Assembly (NCBI GenBank): GCA_013287605.1
Contig: JABDDM010000005.1
Span: 1-63,134, forward strand
Direction: 5' to 3'
Origin: Ignavibacteria bacterium
GTDB taxonomy: Bacteria; Bacteroidota; Ignavibacteria; Palsa-1295
Length of the DNA stretch: 63,134 nt
Shown here: positions 23,988 through 33,671 of the stretch, in pieces
How positions within the stretch are numbered: position 1 is the stretch's first letter
Layout: every line of letters begins with the position of its first letter
The notes under the pieces: generated by a model
The model's database searches: none
Seen by the model: only the letters and a program-made list of their open reading frames with translations
What the model was told of the DNA's origin: nothing
Translations under genes and position numbers: made by a program

Positions 23988-26894
23988 ATGAAACTACGCT
24001 CCATTGACTTTTGCAGAGTCATTTCTGTCATCCTCTTAATGTGCCTGCTTGGGGCAGGCTCTTCTCACGCACAAGGAAGGGTTGACCAGTACATTACAAC
24101 GACCTTTTCGGGAACTGTGCAGTCAATTTCCAGTACCGGGAATCCGCTGTCCTATGACGACGATGGCGTTTATTCTTTTAACGCTCCTTTCTCATTCGTA
24201 TATGATAGCACCACGGTAAGCTCCGGTACCCTGATGTACATAATGGATAATGGAATGATAGGGGTTGGCAGTTCGGCTAACGCGTCGTACAACAGCTCTT
24301 CATTAGGCTTTAGTACATATCCAAACCTCCTCTGTATCCTGAATACAGATCTGAATCACAACGGCAACCCTGGCAATTACTGGCAGGTTACAGGTACCTC
24401 GCCGAATCGCGTTTTGACGATGGAAGAATACAACGTCGAAGCCTTTGGCTACTCGACGGAGTCAGTGACCATTCAAACAAAGATTTACGAGTCCACTGGT
24501 GTTATTGAATTCTGGTATAGTAATTATAACTATACAATCAACGGAAGTGATGGATGCCAATGCGTATCGATCGGCTTGAATGGCGGCATAACTCCCTCGT
24601 TCAAATACTTGACATATGTAGCAAGCTCGACAACAACGCCAGGTTCAAATGTCCGTTTTACGCCGCCACCGCCACCCAAAGTTGCGCAATTGTCCGTTCA
24701 GCCGAAATCGGTTGATTTTGGATTTTTGCAGAGTGGACAATCATCGACGCTTTGCTCGATCATCGTGAGGAACACTGGTCCGAGCGATAACCTGCTTTTC
24801 CGAAGCATTTCAATGTCTGGTAATGCGGATTTCTCCATCGTTGGCGCAACCCCAACTTCTCTTGCGCCAGGTCTGGCGGATACAATTTGCATCAGGTTTG
24901 GGCCGCTCGCTTCTGGAAACCGCAGTGCGACGTTGACATTCATAACCAACGGTAGGGATAGCGCGATTCAGCTTGTCTCACTCCATGGATTCGGAATTGC
25001 GCCCGGAATTTCTGTTGCTACAACAAGCCTCTTTAAGAAGACGAGAACAAAATTGGGAGACTCGCTAACCCAGTCGTTCCTCGTATCGAGCACCGGAACC
25101 GGACCATTAACCTTTCTGAGTATTACTCCGACAGGACTCTACGCCGGTGAATACGCCGTGACTCGCATGCCACTCAGTCCGTTGCCACAAGGTACTTCCG
25201 ACACAATCTCTGTGACGTATAAGCCAACACAAGAGGGCAGTCGTCCAGCCTTTCTTGCGATTCAAAGCAACGCACTTAATCTTCCGAGCGATACCATCAA
25301 ACTCTTTGGGGTTGGGACGCTGCCACGCTTGACAGTGACACCAGAGCCTCTCAACTTTGATTCTGTTGGTGTTGGCGATCAACGATGCAGCGATGTTACG
25401 TTGTATAACCCCGGAACCGACACAGTGTTGATCACCCACAACTACTTATCAAGCTTCGATGCTGATTACACGATCACACCGCTGACTGGGCTGGATACGA
25501 TCATTCCTCCGGATAAGAGCAGGACAATTCATGTCTGCTTCACGCCTATTCGCAACGGCTTGCGTCAGGCGCGCCTCCGTGTCACGACCAGCATTCCACT
25601 GACGTTCGAAGAGCCACGCCGCGATACCAGTTCATTTTTCGTTGACATCATTGGCGAGGGCGTGCCGTTCGGGAGACTTTCGGTCAGAGGCACAGCCATC
25701 ATCGATTCCGCGATCGTTGGACAGAAGCTTTGCAAGACCGACACGTTCTATAACTCTGGATCGGCGGCTGTTACGATTTCGGGAGCAACGATCACTGGGA
25801 CTAGTGCGACGGACTATGTGCTAACCGGCGTCACATTCCCGATTGTTGTGCAGCCAGGCCAGAGTCAGGTATTCACGCTTTGCGTAACGCCTGCCCAACG
25901 CGGCGACCGCACAGCATTCCTAAATCTTGCTGCAACATCGAACGGTAAGCCCATCAACGACAGTCTTCCACTCGATATCTTTGGGCAGTTGGTCTGTGCA
26001 TCTGCAACGCCAAGTTCTGCCTTTGCAACAAAAACGTGCGTCGGGATGACCGATACTGCGTGGGTCGTTGTCTCGAATTGCGGTGATGTTGCAACGCCGT
26101 ACACTGCTTCGATTCCAACAACCGTGACTACGTACGCGGTTGCCGGCGCAGCCACTTCCACAGTCGTTGGCCCGAATGGCAAGGCGACGTTCCCGATTAC
26201 CTTCACGCCAACTGATCGCACGCCGCAAAATGCGACGCTGACGATCACAGGCAATAACGGTGTTTTGCAGACAGTGACGCTTACCGGTACCGGTCAGGCT
26301 GCGATCGCAGTAGGCTCGGGTGTCGCGGATACCACGCACATGCAGCAGTCGTCGAACTTCAATCTGAAGATCAACAACACTGGTGAATGTGAATGGAACC
26401 CAGGAACACCGACTTTCTCGGATCCGCAGTTCAGTTACGTGAGCGGTAGCACAAACATCCCAGCGGGTGGTTCGGGTACGATCGTTGTCAAGTTTGCGCC
26501 GACCAAGGGCGGATTGCAGACCGCGACGCTCGCATTCCCAACTGCAATTGGAGTTTCGCTTCCAGCAGCGAACGTCACTGTCTCCGGCTTCGCCACAGGA
26601 GTCCAGGGCGTGGCTCAACTTGCCGAGGCCAATGGCTATAGTTTGAAACAGAACTATCCGAACCCGTTCAACCCGACGACAGAGATTCGTTTCGTAGTTG
26701 CCAAGGAAGGAACTGTGACGATGAACGTCATCGACGTCACAGGTAAGGTTGTTCGCAACGTGCTCAATGAACGAATGAGTGCTGGCGAACACTCAACGGT
26801 CGTGAACGCGAGCGAGCTTTCGAGCGGTGTGTACTACTATCAGCTCATCGCCGGTAGCACAGTGCTAACTCGTCAGATGGTGCTTGCGAAGTAG
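23988..26894 (+). CDS. large T9SS-sorted surface protein with repeated Ig-like (choice-of-anchor-D / ASH-type) domains
   Basis: 968 aa. It has a signal peptide and at least 6 repeats of the 'L.v.P..ldFG.v.vG......i.v.N.G...l.i' type. It ends in the type-A sorting domain 'LKQNYPNPFNPTTEIRFVV...SSGVYYYQLIAGSTVLTRQMVLAK'. Confidence 0.85.
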   Translation: MKLRSIDFCRVISVILLMCLLGAGSSHAQGRVDQYITTTFSGTVQSISSTGNPLSYDDDGVYSFNAPFSFVYDSTTVSSGTLMYIMDNGMIGVGSSANASYNSSSLGFSTYPNLLCILNTDLNHNGNPGNYWQVTGTSPNRVLTMEEYNVEAFGYSTESVTIQTKIYESTGVIEFWYSNYNYTINGSDGCQCVSIGLNGGITPSFKYLTYVASSTTTPGSNVRFTPPPPPKVAQLSVQPKSVDFGFLQSGQSSTLCSIIVRNTGPSDNLLFRSISMSGNADFSIVGATPTSLAPGLADTICIRFGPLASGNRSATLTFITNGRDSAIQLVSLHGFGIAPGISVATTSLFKKTRTKLGDSLTQSFLVSSTGTGPLTFLSITPTGLYAGEYAVTRMPLSPLPQGTSDTISVTYKPTQEGSRPAFLAIQSNALNLPSDTIKLFGVGTLPRLTVTPEPLNFDSVGVGDQRCSDVTLYNPGTDTVLITHNYLSSFDADYTITPLTGLDTIIPPDKSRTIHVCFTPIRNGLRQARLRVTTSIPLTFEEPRRDTSSFFVDIIGEGVPFGRLSVRGTAIIDSAIVGQKLCKTDTFYNSGSAAVTISGATITGTSATDYVLTGVTFPIVVQPGQSQVFTLCVTPAQRGDRTAFLNLAATSNGKPINDSLPLDIFGQLVCASATPSSAFATKTCVGMTDTAWVVVSNCGDVATPYTASIPTTVTTYAVAGAATSTVVGPNGKATFPITFTPTDRTPQNATLTITGNNGVLQTVTLTGTGQAAIAVGSGVADTTHMQQSSNFNLKINNTGECEWNPGTPTFSDPQFSYVSGSTNIPAGGSGTIVVKFAPTKGGLQTATLAFPTAIGVSLPAANVTVSGFATGVQGVAQLAEANGYSLKQNYPNPFNPTTEIRFVVAKEGTVTMNVIDVTGKVVRNVLNERMSAGEHSTVVNASELSSGVYYYQLIAGSTVLTRQMVLAK

Positions 26895-26917
26895 GATTCT
26901 TTCGTGCCAATCGACTC

Positions 26918-26947
26918 AAAGCCCTGTCATATTGACAGGGCTTTTTG
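26918..26947 (+). terminator. rho-independent terminator
   Basis: The stem gccctgtca (26921-26929) pairs with tgacagggc (26933-26941) around a 3-nt loop, followed by TTTTT. It lies 24 nt after the stop. Confidence 0.85.
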
Positions 26948-27035
26948 TTCTAAATCTGGCAGTCGTGGCATTCTTGTTGCAAACCTATCTGTAGAATGAA
27001 TTCTCGAATCACAGAAATATTGAGGTAACAGAGCG

Positions 27036-27338
27036 ATGTGGATCGTAATCGGATTTCTGCTGCTAGTGGTCGGAATATGGCTCATTTTTTCGCACAATCC
27101 CACAACGAGTTCACGTTGGGCCTTCGCGGTGCCTGGACTTCTTGCCGCGGGGATCATGATGATTATAAGTGGCCTGAGCTACAGCGCAAGCACCACCTAC
27201 TGGCTCAATGGCAGCCCTGTGGTGACAGCGATTGTTGCGGTCGCATTTGCACTAATAATTTATGCGTTATTGCGAAGAATCACCGCTCGTTTTCGCATGA
27301 ACCAACCCGCGCCTCCGGACGAAGAGAAAAGTTTTTGA
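27036..27338 (+). CDS. small integral membrane protein (3 predicted TM helices)
   Basis: 100 aa. It has three hydrophobic stretches (WIVIGFLLLVVGIWLIF; FAVPGLLAAGIMMIISGL; VVTAIVAVAFALIIYALL). No family was recognised. Confidence 0.55.
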   Translation: MWIVIGFLLLVVGIWLIFSHNPTTSSRWAFAVPGLLAAGIMMIISGLSYSASTTYWLNGSPVVTAIVAVAFALIIYALLRRITARFRMNQPAPPDEEKSF

Positions 27339-27351
27339 GGGTATTTTGGTG

Positions 27352-28368
27352 CTATTCAACGTCCCGCAGTAGCAGCAACACCTCATCCACGTTCTTAGGA
27401 CTCCCGACAATAAGTGGCGTGCGTTGATGCAAACGCTCCGGTTGTACTTCCAGCACACGCTCTACGCCAGTCGTGGCTTTGCCGCCCGCCTGTTCGATGA
27501 CGAATGACATGGGATTCGCTTCGTAGAGGAGTCGCAGTTTGCCTTTGTGGCTCTTTACATCGGCAGGATAAAGGAAGACGCCACCATAAAGCAGTGTGCG
27601 ATGTACATCGGCGACCATCGAACCAATATAGCGCAGGCTGTAGGCTTTCTTATCTTCTCCCTCAATATCCTGCTTCGCCCAGTCAATATAGCGTCTCATT
27701 CGCGGATCCCACTTATGATAATTGCCTTCGTTAACGGAGTAAATCTGCCCATGATCAGGTATGCGAATGTTGTCGTGCGATAGAAGGAATTCACCAACCG
27801 ATGGATCATAGGTGAACCCGTAGACGCCTTTGCCAGCGGTATACACAAGCATTGTACTCGAACCATAGATCGCATAGCCAGCAGCGACCTGCTTGTATCC
27901 TGGCTGTAGGAAATCTGCCTCGGTGCCAGGAGTGTTCTCGGGTGTGACACGTCGAAGCACCGAAAAGATTGTTCCAATCGTCACGTTGACATCAATGTTC
28001 GATGAGCCGTCGAGCGGGTCGAAAAGAAGCACGTACTTTCCCTTCTCATAATGATCAGGGATAGCCATTATGTGCTCATTCTCTTCAGATGCCATGGCAC
28101 ATAGGTGACCGCCATGATCCATTGCTCTGTAGATCACCTCATTTGCGAAGTCATCGAGCTTCTGGACGATCTCGCCCTGAATATTCTGACGCTCGGTCGC
28201 GCCAAGAATATCGACCAGCCCGGCGCGAGTTACTTCACGATAGATGATCTTGAAGGCGAGCGAGAGATCGCGCAGGATTCCGGAAAAATCACCAGTGCCA
28301 TGCGTAGCGCGCTCCTGCTCAATGATATGACGCTCGATCGTGACGACTTTGTTGTGTACTAATGGCAT
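27352..28368 (-). CDS. fbp: fructose-1,6-bisphosphatase, class I
   Basis: 338 aa. 'ASEENEHIM...YVLLFDPLDGSSNIDVNVTIGTIFS...AAGYAIYGSSTMLVYT...GKLRLLYEANPMSFVIEQAGG' matches class-I FBPase. Confidence 0.95.
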   Translation of the reverse strand: MPLVHNKVVTIERHIIEQERATHGTGDFSGILRDLSLAFKIIYREVTRAGLVDILGATERQNIQGEIVQKLDDFANEVIYRAMDHGGHLCAMASEENEHIMAIPDHYEKGKYVLLFDPLDGSSNIDVNVTIGTIFSVLRRVTPENTPGTEADFLQPGYKQVAAGYAIYGSSTMLVYTAGKGVYGFTYDPSVGEFLLSHDNIRIPDHGQIYSVNEGNYHKWDPRMRRYIDWAKQDIEGEDKKAYSLRYIGSMVADVHRTLLYGGVFLYPADVKSHKGKLRLLYEANPMSFVIEQAGGKATTGVERVLEVQPERLHQRTPLIVGSPKNVDEVLLLLRDVE

Positions 28369-28402
28369 GTGCGTAGTTAGGAGAAGGGGGCGCGACTAAA
28401 TT

Positions 28403-28852
28403 TCAGGCTACGCCAGAATGGCCGAAGCCGCCTTCGGCGCGTCCGCTTTCAGCGAGGGCATCGCTTTCGGTAATCTCGACGCGTTCGTATCGGGCAATCA
28501 CGAGCTGCGCAATGCGCGAGCCGCGCTCAAACTTGACGGGCTCTTTGCCGTGGTTAATCAGGATGATCTTGAGTTCGCCACGATAGTCGGCATCGATGGT
28601 ACCGGGCGAGTTCAGGCATGTGATCCCATGCTTCAATGCTAAGCCGGAACGTGGACGCACCTGGCCTTCACAGCCTTCGGGAATTTCTACGGCTAGACCA
28701 GTTGGTACAAGTGTGACCATCCCCGGCGCAAGCAGAACATCTTCGGCGCTTCGAAGGTCCATTCCAGAACTATGAGCGGTTGCATAACCTGGCAATGGGA
28801 TGTCTTCGATGTCATCGCGAAGTCGTTTGAAGAGAAGAGTTTGCATGGGCAT
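28403..28852 (-). CDS. dut: dUTP diphosphatase
   Basis: '[14 protein letters not shown]...[36 protein letters not shown]...RIAQLV' matches dUTPase. The start is ambiguous: ATG at 28852 or 28846, or the TTG at 28876 used in the ORF track. Confidence 0.93.
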   Translation of the reverse strand: MPMQTLLFKRLRDDIEDIPLPGYATAHSSGMDLRSAEDVLLAPGMVTLVPTGLAVEIPEGCEGQVRPRSGLALKHGITCLNSPGTIDADYRGELKIILINHGKEPVKFERGSRIAQLVIARYERVEITESDALAESGRAEGGFGHSGVA

Positions 28853-28975
28853 TTGAATGTAATTCCTCACTCCCAACAGCGGAGCGAGTTAACTAAGCTC
28901 CTTAATGGCAAGAATATTCCTGCCGGAATTGAGGCAGGCGACCATTTTTGCTTCAGTCGAGTTATACCTTCAACT

Positions 28976-29683
28976 ATGAAGGTTGTACCTAACATCGAAG
29001 ACTACGCCGATCCAATTCAGTATCTCCGTGCAATGCACCTCGTGATACTTGATCGGGTACACACACTGGAAGCACTTATTCAACGTGCCCAAAAGATTAA
29101 GACCACCGGCCTGGACCTGCAGGACCCCGTTTGGCCGGAGCTTCTGTATTTTTTTAGTCGGGTATTACCGCTCCATGAGCGAGATGAAGAAGAGGCACTC
29201 TTTCCTGTAGTACTTCAAAAGTTACCGCGCATGGGCTTCCAGCCTCGCAACTCACCGATCGATTTTTTGCTAAACGGTCACGAATTACTGACCGAGCGCA
29301 CCGAACTGTTAACCGACATTTGGCGGAAGTATATGGATGTTGGAAGGGCTGGCAGCTCGGAAGCAACAGAAAAGGCATTCCTTGATACAGCCACGGAGCT
29401 TGTGCAATTGTTGAGAGAGCATATCGCAACCGAGGATAAGCAGGTCTATTCGAAGGCAAACGATCTGCTAACGCCCGAGGAGCGTAGCTCGATCATGGCC
29501 AATATTGAGCAGCGCCATATGGAAACAGTGGCGATGCCTATGCCAGAATACGACATACCGATGTTTTCCTTGCCGCTTAAGTTTACTATCGGCGAACCTG
29601 AGGACAATCCCGCCGATGCAATATCCCAGGACGAGCTTTCCTCGGAAGAAGAGGACAGCGATGATGACAAAAGCGATAAGTAA
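28976..29683 (+). CDS. hemerythrin-like (HHE cation-binding) domain protein with an acidic tail
   Basis: The start is at MKVVPNIEDY (ATG 28976); the longer track ORF would overlap dut. The His/Glu spacing is 'MHLVILDRVH', 'LHERDEEE', 'GHELL' and 'EHIATED'. The tail is 'SSEEEDSDDDKSDK'. Its stop overlaps the moaA ATG (TAATG). Confidence 0.6.
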   Translation: MKVVPNIEDYADPIQYLRAMHLVILDRVHTLEALIQRAQKIKTTGLDLQDPVWPELLYFFSRVLPLHERDEEEALFPVVLQKLPRMGFQPRNSPIDFLLNGHELLTERTELLTDIWRKYMDVGRAGSSEATEKAFLDTATELVQLLREHIATEDKQVYSKANDLLTPEERSSIMANIEQRHMETVAMPMPEYDIPMFSLPLKFTIGEPEDNPADAISQDELSSEEEDSDDDKSDK

Positions 29684-30666
29684 TGGCCCTGCTCGATCGC
29701 TTTGGACGTGTTCATGATTATCTCCGAGTTTCGGTGACAGACCGGTGCGATCTTCGCTGCGCGTATTGCATGCCGGAAGAAGGCATCGATTGGCGCGATA
29801 GTACCGAGCTACTCACGTTCGAAGAAATCGAGCGAGTCGTAAGCATCTTTGTCCAACAAGGCGTCCGCAAGGTTAGACTCACGGGTGGAGAGCCTCTCAT
29901 TCGGCCTGAGCTTCCAACACTGGTTGCAATGCTCCGCAAGCTCCCAGGACTCGAAACGATCGCCATTACGACCAATGCTACACATCTTGCTCGGGACGCT
30001 TCGTCACTCAAGCGTGCTGGACTCGACAAAATAACTGTGAGCCTGGACACACTTCATCCGGCGCGATTTGCCGCAATCACACACCGAGATCGCTTCGCGG
30101 AGGTCTGGCGCGGGATCGAGGCCGCAATCGCGGAGGGTTTTTTACCGCTCAAGTTAAATGTTGTTTTGATGGCCCGAGTCAACGATGATGAGGTTCTCGA
30201 TTTCGTTAGACTCTCATGCGAACGCCCGATCATCGTTCGCTTTATTGAATTTATGCCGTTCAAAGAGAATGGATGGAGCACGACGAAACTGATAAGTTAT
30301 CGCGACCTGCTCCAACAGATTTCGCGAGAATTCACCCTTCAGCCAGTCGAGAGTAGCTCAAGATCTGATGTCGCAAAGGAATACACTGTCAATGGGGGGC
30401 TGGGCAGGATCGGATTCATTACCTCGATGACCGAAGATTTTTGCTCCACGTGTAATCGAATGCGTTTAACGGCTGATGGCGCGATCAAGAGCTGCTTGCA
30501 TGATGGCGCCGAATTCAGTATTCGAGACCTCATGAGATCTGGCGCAACCCAGGTGGAGATAGAAAACGTCATACGACGGTCATTGGCTGGTAAGCAAGAA
30601 CGCCACGCTGGCATCGATGAGCTCTATCAAATCGAAAACCGGACGATGATCCAGATCGGCGGATGA
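29683..30666 (+). CDS. moaA: GTP 3',8-cyclase (radical SAM, molybdenum cofactor biosynthesis protein A)
   Basis: 'LRVSVTDRCDLRCAYCMPEEG' carries the CxxxCxxC radical-SAM motif. The C-terminal auxiliary-cluster motif is 'FCSTCNRMRLTADGAIKSCL'. Confidence 0.95.
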   Translation: MALLDRFGRVHDYLRVSVTDRCDLRCAYCMPEEGIDWRDSTELLTFEEIERVVSIFVQQGVRKVRLTGGEPLIRPELPTLVAMLRKLPGLETIAITTNATHLARDASSLKRAGLDKITVSLDTLHPARFAAITHRDRFAEVWRGIEAAIAEGFLPLKLNVVLMARVNDDEVLDFVRLSCERPIIVRFIEFMPFKENGWSTTKLISYRDLLQQISREFTLQPVESSSRSDVAKEYTVNGGLGRIGFITSMTEDFCSTCNRMRLTADGAIKSCLHDGAEFSIRDLMRSGATQVEIENVIRRSLAGKQERHAGIDELYQIENRTMIQIGG

Positions 30667-31877
30667 TCACGCTAGAAGAAGCTCAAGCTATTATTTTGCG
30701 CAAGACGCAGGTGCTCTCGACCCTCGTTGTGCCTCACGCCAAGTCCCTCGGATACGCATTGAGTGAAGATATCTATGCTTCAACGGACGTTCCCTCTTTC
30801 GATAATTCGTCTGTGGATGGTTACGGAGTGAAGATCGCGGATGTGGATAATGCGAGCAATGCTCCTGTAGCGCTCACTCTCTCGCACACAGTCCACGCTG
30901 GTGAGACAACACGGAAGCAACTCTGCTCAGGTGAGACATTCAAAATCATGACTGGCGCGTTTGTCCCAAAAGGAGTTGAAGCTATCATCATGCGTGAGCA
31001 TGCTCGAGAGAGGAAAGGTCGAGTTATCATCTGTCGCTCGGCGGGAGCCGGACAGAACATTCGTAAACAGGGGAGCGAATTCTTAAAAGGGCAATCGATA
31101 CTTCAACAAGGCGCGATCATTACGCCTCCAGTTCTTGGCATCCTTGCTAGTCTTGGAGTCACACGTGTGACGGTAATACGAAAGCCAACAATCGGCCTTT
31201 TGATAACCGGTGACGAATTGATCTCCGGAAAGGAGAAACTCAGTCTTGCCAAGGTTCGAGATTCAAATTCTTCTATGCTTGAAGGGATTCTCCGAATACT
31301 CGGTGTTGAAAAAATATTGACCATCCGCACGAAGGACAACGCTGTTGCAATCCGCAAAGCAATCCTTCGATTGCTGGATAATGATGTATTAATAACGGTC
31401 GGAGGTGTTTCAGTTGGCGATCGAGATCTTGTCAAAGATCAACTTGAAGCTGCTGGAGTTCAGCGGCATTTTTGGGGGATTGATATGAAACCAGGCAAGC
31501 CAAATTACTTTGGGTCGCATGCAACAGGTAAGCGTAGAACACTTGTGTTTGGGGTTCCCGGAAATCCTGTTTCGGCTGCTGTGTCCTTTAAGAAGCTGAT
31601 CGAGCCCGCCATTTGGAAGATGCAAGGTGCAAAGCAGACGATACTTCGGATGCGGGCTACGCTCAAGGACACGATGCAGCCCGATAAGCATCGGGTGGAG
31701 TTTGCTCGAGGCATTCTCGAAACAAAGGAAGGGAATCTCTATGTCACACCAGTACGAGGTCAGGGTTCCGGAATGTTAGGTGGACTTGCTGAGGCTAATG
31801 TGTTGATCAAACTCCTTCCAGGAGATTCTGAAATCGCAAAGGGAAGCGAGGTGGAAGTTGAGCTTCTTCATTGGTGA
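30663..31877 (+). CDS. moeA: molybdopterin molybdotransferase
   Basis: 404 aa. It shows the MoeA pattern 'SSVDGYGV', the MoCF-binding domain 'IGLLITGDEL...VRDSNSSML...ITVGGVSVGDRDLV', and 'FGVPGNPVSA'. It overlaps moaA by 4 nt. Confidence 0.92.
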   Translation: MITLEEAQAIILRKTQVLSTLVVPHAKSLGYALSEDIYASTDVPSFDNSSVDGYGVKIADVDNASNAPVALTLSHTVHAGETTRKQLCSGETFKIMTGAFVPKGVEAIIMREHARERKGRVIICRSAGAGQNIRKQGSEFLKGQSILQQGAIITPPVLGILASLGVTRVTVIRKPTIGLLITGDELISGKEKLSLAKVRDSNSSMLEGILRILGVEKILTIRTKDNAVAIRKAILRLLDNDVLITVGGVSVGDRDLVKDQLEAAGVQRHFWGIDMKPGKPNYFGSHATGKRRTLVFGVPGNPVSAAVSFKKLIEPAIWKMQGAKQTILRMRATLKDTMQPDKHRVEFARGILETKEGNLYVTPVRGQGSGMLGGLAEANVLIKLLPGDSEIAKGSEVEVELLHW

Positions 31878-31890
31878 CGAAGTTCAAAAG

Positions 31891-31962
<72 letters not shown>

Positions 31963-31984
31963 ATTCAATAATGGAAGGCAAATT

Positions 31985-32027
31985 TACAAAAGAACTGCCC
32001 CCTCACACACAAGTGCTGAAGGGGCAG
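31985..32027 (-). terminator. probable terminator after the DUF1501 gene
   Basis: The stem ctgcccc (31995-32001) pairs with ggggcag (32021-32027) around a long 19-nt loop. On the minus strand it is followed by a T-rich run. Confidence 0.45.
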
Positions 32028-32049
32028 TCGTTGTAGCTTCAATTTTTAC

Positions 32050-33639
32050 TCAGTGTAAGATCATCATCTGTCGCGTCAGTTTATCTTGCGGTGTGATAAG
32101 CCGATAAAAATATCTGCCGCTGGCCAGACCACTGGGTCTGAATTCGACTCGATGATTGCCTTCGTGCAAGAGACCATCAACGAGACGTGCTACTTCCTGG
32201 CCAGCACCATTGAAAACTCCAAGCGTCATGTTGGTGGAGGCAGGCAAGGCAAATTCAATCGTGGTTGATGTGATGACAGGATTCGGATGGTTCTGCATCA
32301 GCATCAAGCCAAATTGTGATCCAGCCGCAATAGGATCGAGTCCCTGACTTGGCTTAAACAGACCAAGCTTGATCCAATTCGCATTCGTAGAATATGTTTC
32401 GGAATTCGATGCGGTGAGCACGTTCGAGATCGTTTTATCGTCTACTCCGAGCCATTCGCTCATCATCGTTGCATAGACATTCCTGAAGTCATGACGCTGA
32501 TCATAATTCAGATTGTCGTAGATCAGATTGTCAAGATCGGGGTCGTGGCCAAGGATGCCACCCTTAACGCGTGTTCCAACTACGAAGAGTGGATAGCTTG
32601 CGCCATGATCTGTTCCGGAGCCATTCTGGACTGGCCGTCTACCAAATTCCGAGTAAGTCATTGTGATGACTTTGTCGGCGATCTTTAGCGCTTCGAGATC
32701 ATTCTGAAACGCCCAGAGTGCGGCATCGAGATCGATATGATGAGCAGATTGGCCCGACCAAAGCTCGCTATGAAAATCGTAACCGCCCTGGGTGACGACA
32801 TAAATCCTGGTCTTCAGTCCGCTTGCAATAAGCTGCGCAACGCTGGCCAATTGCTGTCCGAGCAAGGTGTCAGGATAGATCACTTTGTTTTTCGTGACCG
32901 CGCGGTTCGCTAGTGTACTGTTATAGACCTCGGTTTCCTGTTGAATGTCTCGCACATACGAAAGCGATTGGTGTGCAAGATCAGGATTTGATCCAATAGG
33001 ATCATAGGTGTGCACACTGTTCATGACTGGATCAGGCAGTTGGGCGACCGGTATCCCCATCTCTCCGTTCCTACCGTGAAAAATGTTGATTGGCACGGTC
33101 CCGAAGTGGATGGCGAGTGGATCGCTACCTTTTGTCACCGTGCTCATCGAAAACGCTGGGTTCTGTTCAGTCAACAATCTTCCGACCCAGCCGGTCTGAC
33201 GATACAAATTTGAGTCGGTCGCCGTGTGTACGATGTCCGTCCCTCGAAAATGTGAGAACTCAGGATTCGGATACCCAACGTTTTGAAGGATCGTCATTCT
33301 GCCGGTCTTATACAAATTGAACACCTCCGGCAGATCCTGGTGCATCGCGAGCGAGCCATGATCGGGCAGAAAATTCAACTTGAATTCTGGCTTATTGAGC
33401 CTAAGGTCCGGGCGAAGACTCGTGTACGTTGGATTGTAGTAAGGTACGAGACAATTCAACCCGTCATTTCCGCCTGAGAGTTGGAGCATGACCAGCACCT
33501 GACCGTTATCGGCAAGTGCTTTTTGTCCGTTGCCACCTTTTCCAAAGACCTGCAGCGGCATACCACCAACCAGCAGTGGAAGTGCGTTGGCAGCTAGACC
33601 AACCTGAATACCTTTGCGCAAAAATTCACGTCGTTTCAT
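32050..33639 (-). CDS. DUF1501 (sulfatase/alkaline-phosphatase-fold) protein with a Tat signal and a T9SS C-terminal sorting domain
   Basis: The Tat signal is 'MKRREFLRKGIQVGLAANALPLLVGG'. The DUF1501 hallmarks 'LQLSGGNDGLN' and 'GSGTDHGAS' are present. The sorting domain is 'QNHPNPVITSTTIEFALP...LASGRYFYRLITPQDKLTRQMMILH'. Confidence 0.88.
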   Translation of the reverse strand: MKRREFLRKGIQVGLAANALPLLVGGMPLQVFGKGGNGQKALADNGQVLVMLQLSGGNDGLNCLVPYYNPTYTSLRPDLRLNKPEFKLNFLPDHGSLAMHQDLPEVFNLYKTGRMTILQNVGYPNPEFSHFRGTDIVHTATDSNLYRQTGWVGRLLTEQNPAFSMSTVTKGSDPLAIHFGTVPINIFHGRNGEMGIPVAQLPDPVMNSVHTYDPIGSNPDLAHQSLSYVRDIQQETEVYNSTLANRAVTKNKVIYPDTLLGQQLASVAQLIASGLKTRIYVVTQGGYDFHSELWSGQSAHHIDLDAALWAFQNDLEALKIADKVITMTYSEFGRRPVQNGSGTDHGASYPLFVVGTRVKGGILGHDPDLDNLIYDNLNYDQRHDFRNVYATMMSEWLGVDDKTISNVLTASNSETYSTNANWIKLGLFKPSQGLDPIAAGSQFGLMLMQNHPNPVITSTTIEFALPASTNMTLGVFNGAGQEVARLVDGLLHEGNHRVEFRPSGLASGRYFYRLITPQDKLTRQMMILH

Positions 33640-33671
33640 ATATCGTAAGATCTTGTATAGTGGAAGAGAGG

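Noticed and set aside
25920-26792. A 290-aa minus-strand ORF. The 129-aa ORF at 25865-26254 is similar.
   Set aside because: It is antisense to the 968-aa T9SS surface-protein gene. Its composition is Arg/Cys-rich and low in complexity, and it has no family resemblance.
28877-28975. A possible Moco riboswitch upstream of the hemerythrin-moaA-moeA unit. The hairpin cctgcc-N8-ggcagg lies at about 28920-28940.
   Set aside because: Only about 100 nt are available, which is too short for the Moco RNA motif as I recall it, and I could not find its conserved segments. I note only a simple hairpin of unknown role.
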